NCBI RefSeq assembly: GCF_006345805.1
Contig: NC_042997.1
Span: 21,452,001 to 21,516,000, forward strand
Length of the DNA stretch: 64,000 bases
DNA from: Octopus sinensis
Taxonomy: Eukaryota
Direction: 5' to 3'
Under the pieces are notes generated by a model, which searched no databases, was not told the origin of the DNA, and was given only the letters and a program-made list of their open reading frames with translations. Of this stretch, positions 36,871-51,045 are shown piece by piece. Numbering within the stretch: position 1 is the first letter of the stretch; each line of letters opens with the position of its first letter. The position numbers were made by a program, and so were the translations under genes.

Positions 36871-39800
36871 CACGAAGCAGCGATAAAACACATAACTATT
36901 CCCGGAAGACTCATCATATCACTTGACTGGTCAATGTTACGCCAGCCTAGGTTAATTATTTGCGCTAGTATATGTTCTTAGCGTTTGGCTTATCAGAAAC
37001 AATTACGAGAACTACTAAAGCCATTCACTTTAAAATGTTTTTCTACACATCATCCGCGCAAAAAAAACTCATAAACCGAATTTCCACAGGGAATTAATTC
37101 AAATTTATGGCGCGGAAATTCAGGCAAAGAATATGACCTACAATGTTTGGAGAAAATCAGAAATTCACCAAACCTTAATTTTGCGAGACCATCATCTAAA
37201 GTGCGAAGGATAACTTCATATATCAAGCAAGATCGCCATCTCCCGGACTTCAGCTGATACTTTTGATCTCATGATAAATGAGACCAACCTTTCGGGAAGC
37301 ATACTTTCCTCAGCCAACCTTTAAGAAATCATCCTTTCCTCTACTGTCAAGGATGACGCTTCTGTAAGTAGTAAACTGAGAAAGCATTGGCTGTTGTTAC
37401 CCCACTATACAACTAAGCCTTAATTGCGTGGTAGATCTCAGAGATCTAGGTTTGAAGTTTTTTAAGATGTCACTATGATTCGGAATTACTGTATTACTGT
37501 ATTCACTTCTCAATATAGTTTAGATCATTTTGCCTCTTGATACATTATGAGCCTTCTTTCTACAGGTATTACTGTTTCCAATTTCTATCAAATATACTTT
37601 CAACACATTCTGGAATACAAGTGAATGTACATTGTGCGTGTGCGTGTGTATGCAAGCTCGAGTGTACGTATATTATCTTTGTTTTCCTTTGTGTGTATGT
37701 GTGTATGTGCGTGCGTGTGTGTGTGTTTAAGTATTTACGTATATGTACTTTCTTTTGTGTATACCTACGTTGATTAGAATCCAAATTATATTTTCCTGTT
37801 GTTTAAAATTGGAGAGCCTATCTTGTGCTCATCTATCATTCTATTCTATTTTATTTCCTTATGCGTATAGATTTCTATAGGTATAATACTCACATCTAAG
37901 CATTAGGCTTTGAAGTTCACCTTCACAATGAATTGTTATTGTCTGGAAGATCAGTTTTATATTGCTTTTGAGTAGAAGCATATTCTTCAATTACCGAGTC
38001 GCAGAATAAATATTTCTTCACAGTCACCATAAGAATATAATAATCTTTACTGCATTTCTTTCGTTACTTGTGTAGTTACAGATTCTGAGATTGTAATCTA
38101 CTGACTTGAAAATCAATATATTTCAATTGTGATAGGCGAGAAACATGTACGAATTATGCCTATAAAGATGGTATATGATTCTGAAGATCTTTCACTTCAA
38201 TGAAGCTAAATTTCTGAAGATATCCTCGTGTCACTAAGATCTTTTACATTAATACCAAGCGTTTGTAGTCTCAAAACCATGGATTACTGTGTCTTTATCA
38301 TTTCCAGGAATTATATTAAGTCAATATTGTACGATCAAACAACATAGAAGCTGTTGACGAATTAGATTTAACATTTTCAATACTCCTTACAATAAATTAG
38401 CGATTGAACTGGACCTTGAAATATATCTAAATTATATTAGATTAGATATATATCAACAGCCATTGTCTTGATGAGAAAATATAGTCGCATTTCACCATAT
38501 TACTTTGAAACTCAATGTTAAGAAACAAAGACATAATAAATTTTGAGTAAAGTTACTGGTGGAAAATGTCAGTTTTAATACAACTGACAGTTTCTACTGA
38601 ATTTGGTTAAATAAATGATTATCGAATTATTTTAATTCTAAATTGCAAGTCGCGAAGGATAACGTCTTAAACGTTTCCAGTGGGCCAATCACTAATACAT
38701 TGCATTTCTTGTGACAAAATAGGGACAAAGTGGTACCTGTAACTCGGCCCAGAAGAATTATCTCTCAGGAAAAACACTCCTGTATTTATGTAGGCTTCCA
38801 ACCCATAGATTTTAGTAGACCATTTAATTTATCATCTTATAATGAGTTTTTCAATGGTACTGACAACTATATTAATAAAGTACTAGTATTTACTGGATTA
38901 AAAGAAAAGAGTATTTATAGCGAAAATCCTCCACCATAACATACTAAGACATTGATACGAAATTAAAATAACGAAAAAAAGAATAGTTTTAATTTCTTCT
39001 TAGCATTTTGTTTTATTTCCTGCTAAGTATCGTTTCTTTTTTGTTCCCTCTTTCACTCAAAATTATGTTTTATTTTTTCTTGCGATATCTATTGATTGCA
39101 GCTGGTAAATTCACAATTAACTTCATAATTTTTTGACTATCCATATTTTAGATTAAAAAGAAATCACTCTTAAGTAAATACGATGAAATGTTCCCATTAT
39201 TTTTATCTCAGCAAGCACAACACAATAAAAAAACCTGTGGAATTAGAATATTCAAAATCTTGTTACAATATAGTTCAAATAAGTGTATTGCTAGTGTGTG
39301 TAAAGAATTAAAACATTCCTGAACGTCTACTACGTGAGTAAACTATCAGCACATCGTATACAGCAATAATTTGGCAATAACGTAGCTTAGAAAATAATTC
39401 CCGCTTGTGTAAGATCAATTCCATAGTTAATAGAGACAGAGAGATGTCTACCATATGTCTACAGACGTATTTCAGTTAAAGAAAATAACAGTGGGGAGTG
39501 AAGACAGCTATAGCCAAGGGGAAAGCGAGAATAAGTTTCTAATATCCCCGAGGTAGAGAACCAGACGTAGGAAGAAATAAATAATAGCCAGGAAATCAAA
39601 ATGATCGGCGGTGTGACATTGCTATACTACCAACAACTGGTACTGCAATAGCAATATCAGTGTCTGAAATTCAATATCAGATGCATCTATTATATTTGTT
39701 ACGTTTCTGAATTCCATCTGTTATGTCTATATATCTTTAACCACCAAGTTCATGGCTCAAATGATAAAAATAAATTATAAACTGAAAATGGAGAATATAT

Positions 39801-39929
39801 GAAAGAAACAAAATCATATTAGAAATCCAACATACAAAGAGTACAACTGATAAAATCGAGTTACGAATCTCTCATCCTTTTTCTATCTCTTTTACAACCC
39901 CTCTCCCTCTCTTCTCTCTCTCTCTCTAT

Positions 39930-40057
<128 letters not shown>

Positions 40058-40195
40058 TTCTTTGACTTTGTATGTAACAAGGTTACACGTTCTCTCGTTC
40101 TACACACAAATATGCATCTGTATATGTGGTTTTAACTTATAGAAATCCCTTTTTGATTTGTATATACATTCTCTTGTGTGCGCGTGTGTGTTTGT

Positions 40196-40236
<41 letters not shown>

Positions 40237-40599
40237 TCTGTATATATGTGTGCGTGTCTGTATGTGGGGGTGAGAAAGAGTATAATAAAATTTGAAACCA
40301 GTCTAAATGAAACATGAAAAATAAGAAAAACTCTTTTTAAACCGCTGTGTTTTCCATGATGATTCGAAATCACATTTACTGGTAACATAAACCCATATGG
40401 TTATCCTATTAATTAATCATATCATTAATTAGTTAATTCAACTTTCCGGGGCTTGCACTATTATGCAATTTCATTTGGCTAATTTATTTATCTTTTAGTT
40501 ATAAGTTAGCGTTCTCTTTATGGCGTAAACGTGAGTAATCATGTAGAAAGTTTAATAACGTAAATAGCGAGATCGTTCTGTTTTTCTACTTTCTCTTAA

Positions 40600-41506
40600 T
40601 AAAGAAGGGCAACTTGTGGATGTTGGGACCACCTTGTTAATTTCTTATGATGAGGCTAAATTGCTTGATTACAAAAAATAATCTTGTAGAGAGATGGGTG
40701 TTTGAATCGCCAACACGAAGCTGGTTCTCAGTGAAGATCTTATCCACCACCTGTACAGTAAGCGCAAAGGACAAATTTTAACGGCTAATGCTAAGGTGAA
40801 CTACTTGACGAAGGTAAAGAATCTCTTGAAGAAGTTGAGGCATCCTGTTGAGTCGGAAATAATCTAGCTCTTCTCAAATGACAAGAACTTCTGCCAAGAC
40901 CAGTTGCACAATATCTATAACAACAAGTGGTTTGCCTACAATCCATATGATGTCCCACATATCATAAAACTGAAGTCCCCTCCATGGTCTTCAGTGAGGG
41001 TGACGTCATGCCCACCCACATCGTTGAACAAGCCCTTAGGCTCAATTCAGAAGGCTATGTGAAGCTACTGAAATCTGTAGTCAAATTCTGGTAGGAGAGG
41101 GTTACTGAAGGAAGGTCACGTGTGTAGCAACAGGATTAGGCCCCTTGCCATACTTACAGAAAGAGTCAGAAGTGGTTGTCAGAGAATTTTTCCCTCATAG
41201 CACAATTTCTGATCTGATTCTCCTGATTATAATCCCATAGATTATTATGTGGTCTGCCAGACCAATGCCGAGTTGGTAGCCAAGATCAAGGAGGTGTTCG
41301 AAGATCTTCCAAAGGACATTGTGAGGAACACATACACCATGTACCAGAGGCGTCTTGAGGCTGGGGCGGAAGCTGGATGTAGCTATTTTGATTAATCGTT
41401 ATCTGCTAGTAGATATTTTTAACTTTCTGAAATAATTTTATTTTTGGATAAATCGTGTTTTTTTTTTACCTTTATGTATACTGTCACATTTACTCTGAAC
41501 GTACTG
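40600..41506 (+). mobile_element. maT / DD37D-type Tc1-mariner transposon remnant
   Basis: LFSNDKNFCQDQ..N...W.AYNP.DVP, SEGDVMP, QQD*APCHT..KSQKWLSENF, SPDYNPIDYYVW, RRLEA..EAG...FD*; right TIR-like TGTCACATTTACTCTGAACGTACTG|TA; left boundary approximate. Confidence 0.85.
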
Positions 41507-41956
<450 letters not shown>

Positions 41957-42439
41957 CTTTAATTCGATTTTGAGCATAACCTCTTACACAAGAAACATGC
42001 CTTTTGCAAGTTTAGTAGCATTTCTGTCATGAACTTTCGAACAGATATACTATGAGATGACTATTTACCACTGATTTGCTTCTACCACTGTTTTTGCTTT
42101 GATTTTGTGCCTGTGGGATAGATGCAGCCCATAATTTTTGTCAAGAATCAAACCTTCGCAGCTCCTTTTTCATGCATTGTTCCAATATCACTGTTTAGCT
42201 CAACAGTAAATGAGCCCACGTTTAGAAATAAAAGACAGCAGTAATCCGCATGTTCCGTTGTAGCTGTATAGCTACTAGTGTAGTCACAGATTCAGAGATT
42301 GCTATCACACAAGCTCCTGTGTTACTTTTCCGATATGTGATCTATGATGACTAGCGATCCTTTATCATTGTATCTAAATTTTATTCTCTCAATAAATTTC
42401 TCAAATAAGAGCTGATGAAAGAATTGAGTTTGTATTTCG

Positions 42440-45400
42440 GAGCAATGTACATGGTAGCGTTATATCACATGACTTTAAAGTAGTTTGCAGAATAATAATA
42501 TACACTACTATAATTTTCTATTGACTTCAACTGCTGTGAAATTTCACGCATATTTTTATTCCATTCCAAAAGCAATATTAATAAAGCAGATATTTTTTTC
42601 ATGGCACAAGGACAGAAACTTTGAAATTTAGTGAGAAGATAACTTTAAATGACATTACTGATTCATAAACTTTATCGAAAAATCAATTGTCTCATTTGAG
42701 TTTGTTAATGTTAACCCCCAAATAGAGATGTATTTGATGTTAGTATTTATTTCCTGGATACATCAGTTATTTTCTATTGCATTCGTGCCGAAAATTATGC
42801 GTTATAATATCGTTTCATGAATTATTTATATAAATCATATTGTCAGTGTATTATTGTATGTGCGTTCTTGGCCTGAAAACTTTTTCTTGGATCGGGGTAT
42901 CGTGTCATTCATGCACCTAAACTTGGGTTATCTAGATGTGATATATTTCCGCAAACTGTCTTTCTTCTCTGAGGACCAGTCGAAACTGATCGAATATTCC
43001 TTTTATTTAAATTGGCAAATAATTTTCTGGCACTCTGCCATAGCTCCCCTAGATGAAAAGAAGAATTCTAAAAAGCTGTTTTGCCTGGTTATTTGTGAAA
43101 TTTCGCTGACGTTCACAGCCGAATATTGATAAAGTTTTTCGCCATTCTAAATATACATGTGTGGCATCAAAGATCATATGAAGAGACTTGTAGGATTTAT
43201 TGGAAGTTGAACTCACCGTTTTCTTTAGTTGAAGATTTTGGAATAATTATATTCATAATACTTACTTACACATGCAACCGTACACATGCGCACGCACGTG
43301 TGTGTTTGTGAGTGTGTGTGTATGTGTGTATATATATGTGCGCGCGCGCGTGTTTCCTCGGGATTTATTTAATTTTTTTCCCTTCTAAGAATTCACGCCA
43401 GTCATTCTCACAAACTGGTAAACTTCGTTTGCTTAAGTCAAGACAGCATTTAGGATTTGTACCTATCTGAACTGGTTGGTGTGACTATGCACATGGATAA
43501 ATTTTGTGTAATAGGTTTCCTCACCAAGTTAGTACACAGATATATGTGTTTCATTACAGTTTATAATATGTATAGTGTGGGGGGTATATATAACAGTGCG
43601 TATGTTTTGCCGAAGAGCATCAACCGCAGAATAAATGTTCAATGTACTTTTAATTGACTGTATTTATGGAGTGCTTAAAAGTTTTTTCTGTATTTTTTTT
43701 TTTTTTTTTTGGAGAACAATATCATTTCTAGGATTTTTTTTATTGGTGATATGTTTCTGTAAACATGTATGATGTGGAAAATAGATACAAATGACATTTT
43801 ATAACCTTATTATATGAGCTTTCAATTTTTAATTTTTAAACCATTAAATTTTTTTTACAGATTTTTTTCACATCCTCTTTCCTGCTGATCACTTCAAGAA
43901 GGTATAATTTAGTTCCTTATCCGATATAATAATATCAGGCCTATTGTGCTGAGACCGAACTGTTTTTATTGGAATGTTCAACCAATATTCTTTATTTTAA
44001 AAGGTGTTGATATATATACTGATTCTGTTTTGTTTTTGGTATGGTCATCAAGACAATCCTTTATTCGTATTGCATTATAGGCGATTTTAGCGACAATGGC
44101 ATTATTCATGGGAAGGTAGTATCATTATGTGTACTTTTGGACAGCTTTTGATGGTATGGATAAATATCTTCCATGTTGATATGGTACAATCGATATATTC
44201 TCTCTCTACGTGAAGGTCTAGGGGAATCATTTTCTCTCTTGCTGATCAAATATTTGTAGCTCTTTCATGTTCCTGGATAGCAGATTTGTAACCTTCTTGG
44301 TGAAATAATTTATCGCTGGCTCAGAAGAGGCTACACATCTTGTCAATATTATTTCTATTCTCTAGTTTGTGGAATATGTAACTATACATAATTTCTGCTG
44401 GTATAACGAGTAATTATCATACGAGGTAATGTCAAACCCGCATGGGCCAGCTCCTTTCAGTGCATGCGCGAAAATTTTCGTGCCTGTTGGTTACGCCAGT
44501 CGCCCGTAGTGATGCGTTGAATGCAGACGTGAAGAATATGTTGTACGATTTTTCTTTTTGAGTCAAGATGACCGAATGCATTGAACAAAGATACTATATC
44601 AAACTCTGCCAAAAACTTGGTGATACGCAAGCCCAGACTATCGAGAAGTCATCTTTGGAGATGATGATATAAGGAAAAACACTAATAAAGGTGTAGTACA
44701 ACAGGTTCAAAGATGGCCGCACCTCAGTGGACAGTGAGTCACGTTGTGGCAGACCATCGATAAGCAGAAACGACGAAATACTGCCTGGGGTGATCCTTCG
44801 TCGCCTTCGTGAAGCTGTGCGGCGAAAACGACTCGACCTTTAGGCAGCAAACTGCACCATGACAACGCACCCACTCATTCCGCCCACGGATTCCGCGCCA
44901 GGCAAAACACACCACTTGTTCGTCAGGCTTCCTACTCCCCAGACTTGACTCCATGTGACTTGGCTATTCCCAAAGCTCAAAAAAAAAACCCTCACAGAGA
45001 GAAGATTTTAGTCAACAGCGGACGTTAAGCAAAATGTGATGACACAGCTCAACCGCATCCTAAAAGGTGATTTCCAGAAATGTTTCCAGCAGTGGCAGGA
45101 ACGTTGGCAGAAGTGTGTAGACTCCTTTGAAGGAGACTAAATCAAAATGGTGAGTTTTTAAATATTACTTTTATTTTGGCCAAAGATCAAATACTTTTTG
45201 ACTATACCTTGTAGTATGTACGCTCGAAATACATGTTCAGGAGTTCTTTACCTTATCTATTTCATAATTACTTCCCTTGTCGATGTCACTTGTGGAATCA
45301 TTTCTTACTTTGCTCTTCGGTTAAAATTGTCTTAGTGGCACAATGCAGCATTCAAAAGCTTTTTGTACATATTTAATGTCTCTACCTCCAACTTTCTATT

Positions 45401-46650
45401 TAACATAGATCCTGTAAGTGACACTGTTGGTATGGACTGTACCAATCGTGGCTAGTTCTTCCTAGTCTTGATGTCCAAGCTGCAGATTTCTTCAATTATT
45501 CTGTCTAATATTCCAAATATTCATACTAGTACTGGCACAGCGAAAGCAATGTGGGATATAGGTTTATAGAATACAGAAAGCTCTGATTCCATATCTACTG
45601 AAGTCTGCCGAAATTATCTTTTCCACGACACCAGGCTGGTAAGTGCATGCTAAAAATTCCAAACTTATTGTGATATATTTCCTCATACAGGAATATAGAA
45701 AAATGGTATATAATAATTATATGCATGGCGTATAAGTTATTTGTATATGAACATAGCAACATACGCGTATGACCTTTCAAACGCGCAGTCTGAGAGGGAA
45801 AACATCTAATATAGCAATAAATTTTTATGGGCATATAGAAGGAAATCTTACAAGCAGTAATAGAACCAGTTTCGAGAGCATAGTATCAACAAGGAACGTA
45901 CCCGTTTTCCACACATATTTATTTATTTTATTCATGGATCGGTAAATCCCTTAATATACAAGCATTTTGTTATAATTTTCCTTTTCAGCATCATTTCTTT
46001 TTCCATTTATGCTAGTTTAGCTTCCATAACAATGCACGACTTCTCGAACGAATAATGTTAATGAATAGAGTCGATGTTGAAATATAATACGAGGAAAATA
46101 TTTGAAGGGTATTTGTCATGATGTCTGCCATTATATTTAGTTTCTATTGGATATAATTGATGTCAATTATAGTTAGTATTATATGATATGTCAAAATCTT
46201 TTTTTATTCTTTTTCCAAATTTTAAGCTGATTTATGACTTAACCTCTTGGCCTGCCATGGTACACGACATCTACATGGATTAGAAGCTAGCCGCAGATTA
46301 TGTAATATTATGCAAGGGTTATAAATCATCTTAGCACTTTCTTCATAAATTATTAATGTGCAATTTTGGTATTTTCAGAAGATAAAAGTTAAGGAAATAA
46401 ATATTTGGCATTTAACTTTCACTCAGAGAATTGTGCATAAACTATTGCAAACAAAGTTTGTGTAAGTCGTTTAATACATTAAATTTGATGGCATAGATTA
46501 ACATTAAGATAAACCAGTGAGAGAAATTGCAGAGAAGAATACATTTGAATGGGTTCCTATTAACTTCTTCATATTCAGAGGAAACATTTTAACAAACGTA
46601 AGTTTAACATTTCTTAATTATACGTGCTTCCGCTACATACAGGACAGAAT
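42440..46650 (+). repeat. Old local duplication, copy 2, interrupted by ~2.4 kb of extra sequence (43170-45615)
   Basis: Colinear with 31430-33267 as listed for copy 1. Confidence 0.8.
44422..45211 (+). mobile_element. Internally deleted mariner with both TIRs
   Basis: TA|CGAGGTAATGTCAAA ... TTTGACTATACCTTG|TA; ATG 44568 MTECIEQRYYIKLCQKLG...YNRFKDGRTSVDSESRCGRPS joined directly to LRRLREAVRRKR...HHDNAPTH...YSPDLTPCD. Confidence 0.9.
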
Positions 46651-46758
46651 TAAGTGAACTTAACCATAAATGTAGATATACAACAAGATCTAAGTATCGT
46701 TGAATGAAGAATGAGAGTATCAATTTGACAGATCTAACGATTCGGTCAGTTACATGTG

Positions 46759-46835
<77 letters not shown>

Positions 46836-47053
46836 GGGTAGGGTTGGTGGAACAAATATGAGCAATAGAACAAAGTACATAAGAGTAGGTGTATGTGTAC
46901 GAATTTATGTGTGTGTGTGTGTATGTGTGTGTGCATCTGTCTGTCTGTCTGTCTGTGTCTGTATTTCTCTGTGTATGTACATGATGAAATACATATTCAT
47001 TCTTAATACGTTCAGGCATGAATACGCAAATCGCTGTGGTATTCTCTCCTCAG

Positions 47054-47105
47054 AAAACAACTCCTTTTAGACAATGTTGATGTACAACGCACCCGGTTCA
47101 TTGAG
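47054..47105 (+). CDS. Candidate 52-nt coding exon
   Basis: TTCTCTCCTCAG| acceptor, GAG|GTAAGT donor, open frame [17 protein letters not shown]; paralog at 47385 shows synonymous changes. Confidence 0.45.
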
Positions 47106-47384
47106 GTAAGTGAACATTGAGGCCCAACGGCGTTTCGATTTAGTTATGCCATATCAGTGGAAGATACACAAGATCAAGGAATATAAAGAAGAATATTGTC
47201 TCTTGTTTACAGAAAACAACAAAGAAATTCTGTACTGGTGCTTGTTGACGTCAACCAAACTGATAATATATCGCCACACGCATGAGAACAGCAAAAATCA
47301 AAACAATAATTAATTTAGTCATTTATAGCATACTCCGGCAGTTCCGAGCGTGAGTATACTAATTGCTGTTCTCTTTGACTACGG

Positions 47385-47433
47385 AAAACATCTTTCAAAC
47401 AACGCGAGTTCAAAACGTACCCGATTCATTGAG
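47385..47433 (+). pseudogene. Duplicate of the 47054 exon with acceptor AG changed to GG
   Basis: KH-LSNNASSKRTRFIE, GAG|GTAAGA donor retained, in-frame 3-nt deletion. Confidence 0.4.
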
Positions 47434-48319
47434 GTAAGAGGACTTAAAATATAGAATGCAGAAATGGGTAAAAAGAGAATAAAGAAGCTCTACCGACTCC
47501 AATTCAGTTGATTACAAATAGCTGGCAGTTTTAGAGGAAAGTTTTCAAATTTTGCAAATAAGAATCCTAATCATGAACGACACCGAAATATTTCCCGTGG
47601 TGTGCAGATCCTACAGTGAACTGAACAAAGCATTGGTGTGCCTTAAACTCCAACAACATTGGCTCAGTCCTTCACCTGTAAACCAGATGATGATGATGAC
47701 GTTGATGATGATGATGACGACGACGACGATGACGACGACGACGACTCCAACTACGATTACTATTACTGCTGCGACGACAACGATGACGGCAAAAACGATA
47801 GAACTTGACATAGTACCGTTCTCCTTTCCAGCTACTCCCATTGCCCCACCTTACATCATACAGCAGTCAACATCTTTTATAACTGTATTATTATTTATTC
47901 GTTAATGTATTTCTCTCCAGATGTTTCTATATATACATAATCTACTGTATGTGCTTAAAAATTACTTTCATACTCAAAAGTGGTTGTATTACTCTTATTT
48001 TGTCGAAAAGATTCTGTCGGAATACGTCTCCATTTAACACATTGACGTCAATGGAAAAATAGGTTTCATGTAACAGAATTCAACCTTATGGCAAGATTTT
48101 TTTAAAATACAATCGTTACATAACGTGGGGTATACCTGCGTATCTAAAGCAGAAATAAGTGAAAAGACATTTTTTCCCACGTTTTAATATAATCTTGTTT
48201 CGCCTCAGGCTGGAGCTGGTATAGATTTTATTATAGTTGTTATTGTTGTTGTTGTAGATATCGGGGAACAATATAATCCAATGAGGGACCTTTTACTTTC
48301 AATGTTATGGCACTGTGTG

Positions 48320-49110
48320 TGAAGGCACGTGGCTTAGTGGTTAGGATACTCGCCTTACGATCGTAAGTTCGTGAGTTCAATTCCCGGTGACGCGTAGTGT
48401 CCTTGAGCAAGATAGTTTATTTCACGTCGCTCCAGTCCACAAACGCGGTGAGCTGGCAAAATTGTTAGCACGCCGGGCAAAATGCTTAGCGGCGTTGTAA
48501 TCGACAAGCCACTCCCAAATTTTAAACCTTTTGTCTATAGCAGAAAGGATTATTATGGCACGGTGTAAGGTGATCGGATGTAAGCGATCGGACAGAATCA
48601 TTAGCACGTTGGGCAAAATGCTTAGCAGTATTTCGTCCGTCTTTACGTTCTGCGTTCAAATTCCGCCGAGGTCGACTTTCCCTTTTTATCACATAGGCGT
48701 AGGAGTGGCACTGTGGTAAGTAGCTTGTTCACCAACCACATGGTTCCGGGGTAAGTCCCGCTCCGTGGTACTTTGGGCAAGTGTCTTCTACTATAGCATC
48801 GGGCCAACCAAAGCCATGTGAGTTGATTTGGTAGACAGAAACTGAAAGAAACCCGTCGTATATATGTATATATATATATATGCATGTGTGTGTATGTGTT
48901 TGTGTGTCTGTGTTTGTCCCCCTCCTCTCATCCCAACATCGCTTGACAACCGATGCTGGTGTGTTTATATCTCCGTAACTTAGCGGTTCGGCAAAAGAGA
49001 CCGATAGAATAAGCACTAGGCTTACAAAGAATAAGTCCTGAGGTCGATAAAATAAGTACCATTCAAGTACTCGATCCGATGTATTCGACAACCCTATCGC
49101 CTTAAAAACT
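48320..49110 (+). mobile_element. Stack of co-oriented SINEs (tRNA-like head 48320; family A pieces 48445 and 48575; family B 48693-49045; family A tail 49040-49110)
   Basis: A box TGGCTTAGTGG, B box GTTCAATTCCC; matches to other copies in this window. Confidence 0.85.
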
Positions 49111-49234
49111 GCTGGTTCTGTGCCAAATGTTGAAACCATTATTATGGCATAGTGTGATTTAATGCTGGTTTTGCTGCTATTAGTAGCAGATCGAGTAAAT
49201 TGTAAGAACACTATGTTCTAATACAAAATGTAAA

Positions 49235-49315
49235 GTGTGTATATGCGTGCGCAGTTGTATAATGTGTATTTGTATGTGTACATACACACATATACATATA
49301 TACATGTTTGCTTAC

Positions 49316-49386
<71 letters not shown>

Positions 49387-49824
49387 GTGTGTATGCATGT
49401 ATGTATGTATGTATGTATGTGTGTATGTATGTAAGTATGTATGTATACGTACGTATATACTTGTGTATGTATACTTTTTAACAAGTGACATTAACTGTAA
49501 GAATGACATTTTTTCCCCACACGTTTTCATTACACGCAAACCATTCAGAAAAATACGGGATGTTAACTAAAGTTTACAACATCATTGTTTCTAAGTATAT
49601 AACTTGACAAATGTTCAAATATCTCAAAACAATACTGAGAATAGTAATTTTGCTTTTCAAAGTGATGCACAACTTTTATACGGTTTCTTTGTAGCTTACT
49701 ATAGGAACTATTTCACACGTTTTATTTAGAGTCACGTTTGCGGCTGATCTCCGAGCGATCATGCAAGGAATGTTGTATGTCTTCCAGTGAATATAGTAAC
49801 GATCAATAATATCTGTGTCTATGT

Positions 49825-49864
<40 letters not shown>

Positions 49865-49981
49865 CCAATAGTATACACGGATAAATATACACAGGGTGTG
49901 TATTTGTGTGTAAATCTATATAAATGAATGAAAATGTATACGCGTATGTGAGCGTGTGTGTGTGTGTTTGTGAGTGTGTGT

Positions 49982-50021
<40 letters not shown>

Positions 50022-50331
50022 ATGTGTGCGCGTGTATGTGTGCGTGTATTGTATCAGTTTCGACAGATAGGTATAGTTAGGAATATGTCTGCCTAGAGCA
50101 TATCGTAGCTCATAACATACGTATACACACACACGTACACACATGCTTGTGTGCGCCCGCGCGCATGTGTGTGTGCATGTGTGTGTATTTATGTACGTAT
50201 GCTATATATACATACATACATATGTATAGATACATGTATATACATATAGACACACATACATAAATATAGATGTATATATATAGATACACATATAAACACA
50301 TACGTATATATATATATGTGTGTTGTATGTG

Positions 50332-50363
<32 letters not shown>

Positions 50364-50382
50364 CGTATATATGTATATGTAT

Positions 50383-50462
<80 letters not shown>

Positions 50463-50482
50463 ATGTATGTATGTATGTATGA
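49235..50482. repeat. Region dominated by (TA)/(TATG)/(TG) microsatellites with short unique interruptions
   Basis: Direct reading. Confidence 0.85.
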
Positions 50483-50894
50483 ATGTATGAATGTAAATGT
50501 TTATTTCTATGTTATGATCCTTTCCACTATGAGCACAAAGTCACCAATTTTCGGAGAGGGACTAATTAATTACATCGACCCCAGTGTTGAACTGGTACTA
50601 AATGTATCACCGCGAAAGGCTGAAAACTACACCCAATCACGGCGAAATTCGAACTCAGAACAAAAGACGGACGATTCCCCCAGCTCGCTGCTTCTGTTTT
50701 TTTTTTTCTATGTTATAAGACAATTCTGCATTTAACTGGAGGATTACACAATACTTTTCGTAGAGTACAAATTTAATTTTCTTAAACAGGATCACTATTG
50801 AGAGCTAGGTCATCATTGGACTGTCCGATGATGGCTTAGCCGGTCGAAACTTCGAAATCACTGTCAATATCACACGAACTAATTTTTTTTCATT

Positions 50895-51045
50895 CTCACT
50901 CTGTTTATTTCCTCTTATTCCTTTCTGTCGAAGGGTCAAGGCACGAAACGTAAAAGACTTTTCCATTTTTCCCGAACGTCAAACTAATACACTTGTTTGT
51001 TGTTCCTACACCTCTCTTCGCCTTTGTTTTTCAATAAATTTGAAC
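50895..51045 (+). mobile_element. Second copy of the hammerhead-like interspersed repeat (cf. 6860-7015)
   Basis: CTTT-CTGTCGA-A-GGGT-CAAG-GCAC-GAA-ACGT-A-AAAG followed by the shared tail. Confidence 0.65.

Noticed and set aside
39408-39470. CKINSIVNRDREMSTICLQ, loosely like the end of the 13997 exon
   Set aside because: Upstream in-frame stop, no donor, similarity could be chance
42969-42991. CTGAGGACCAGTCGAAACTGATC hammerhead-like string
   Set aside because: No viable helix II, and not conserved in the paralogous block near 31973
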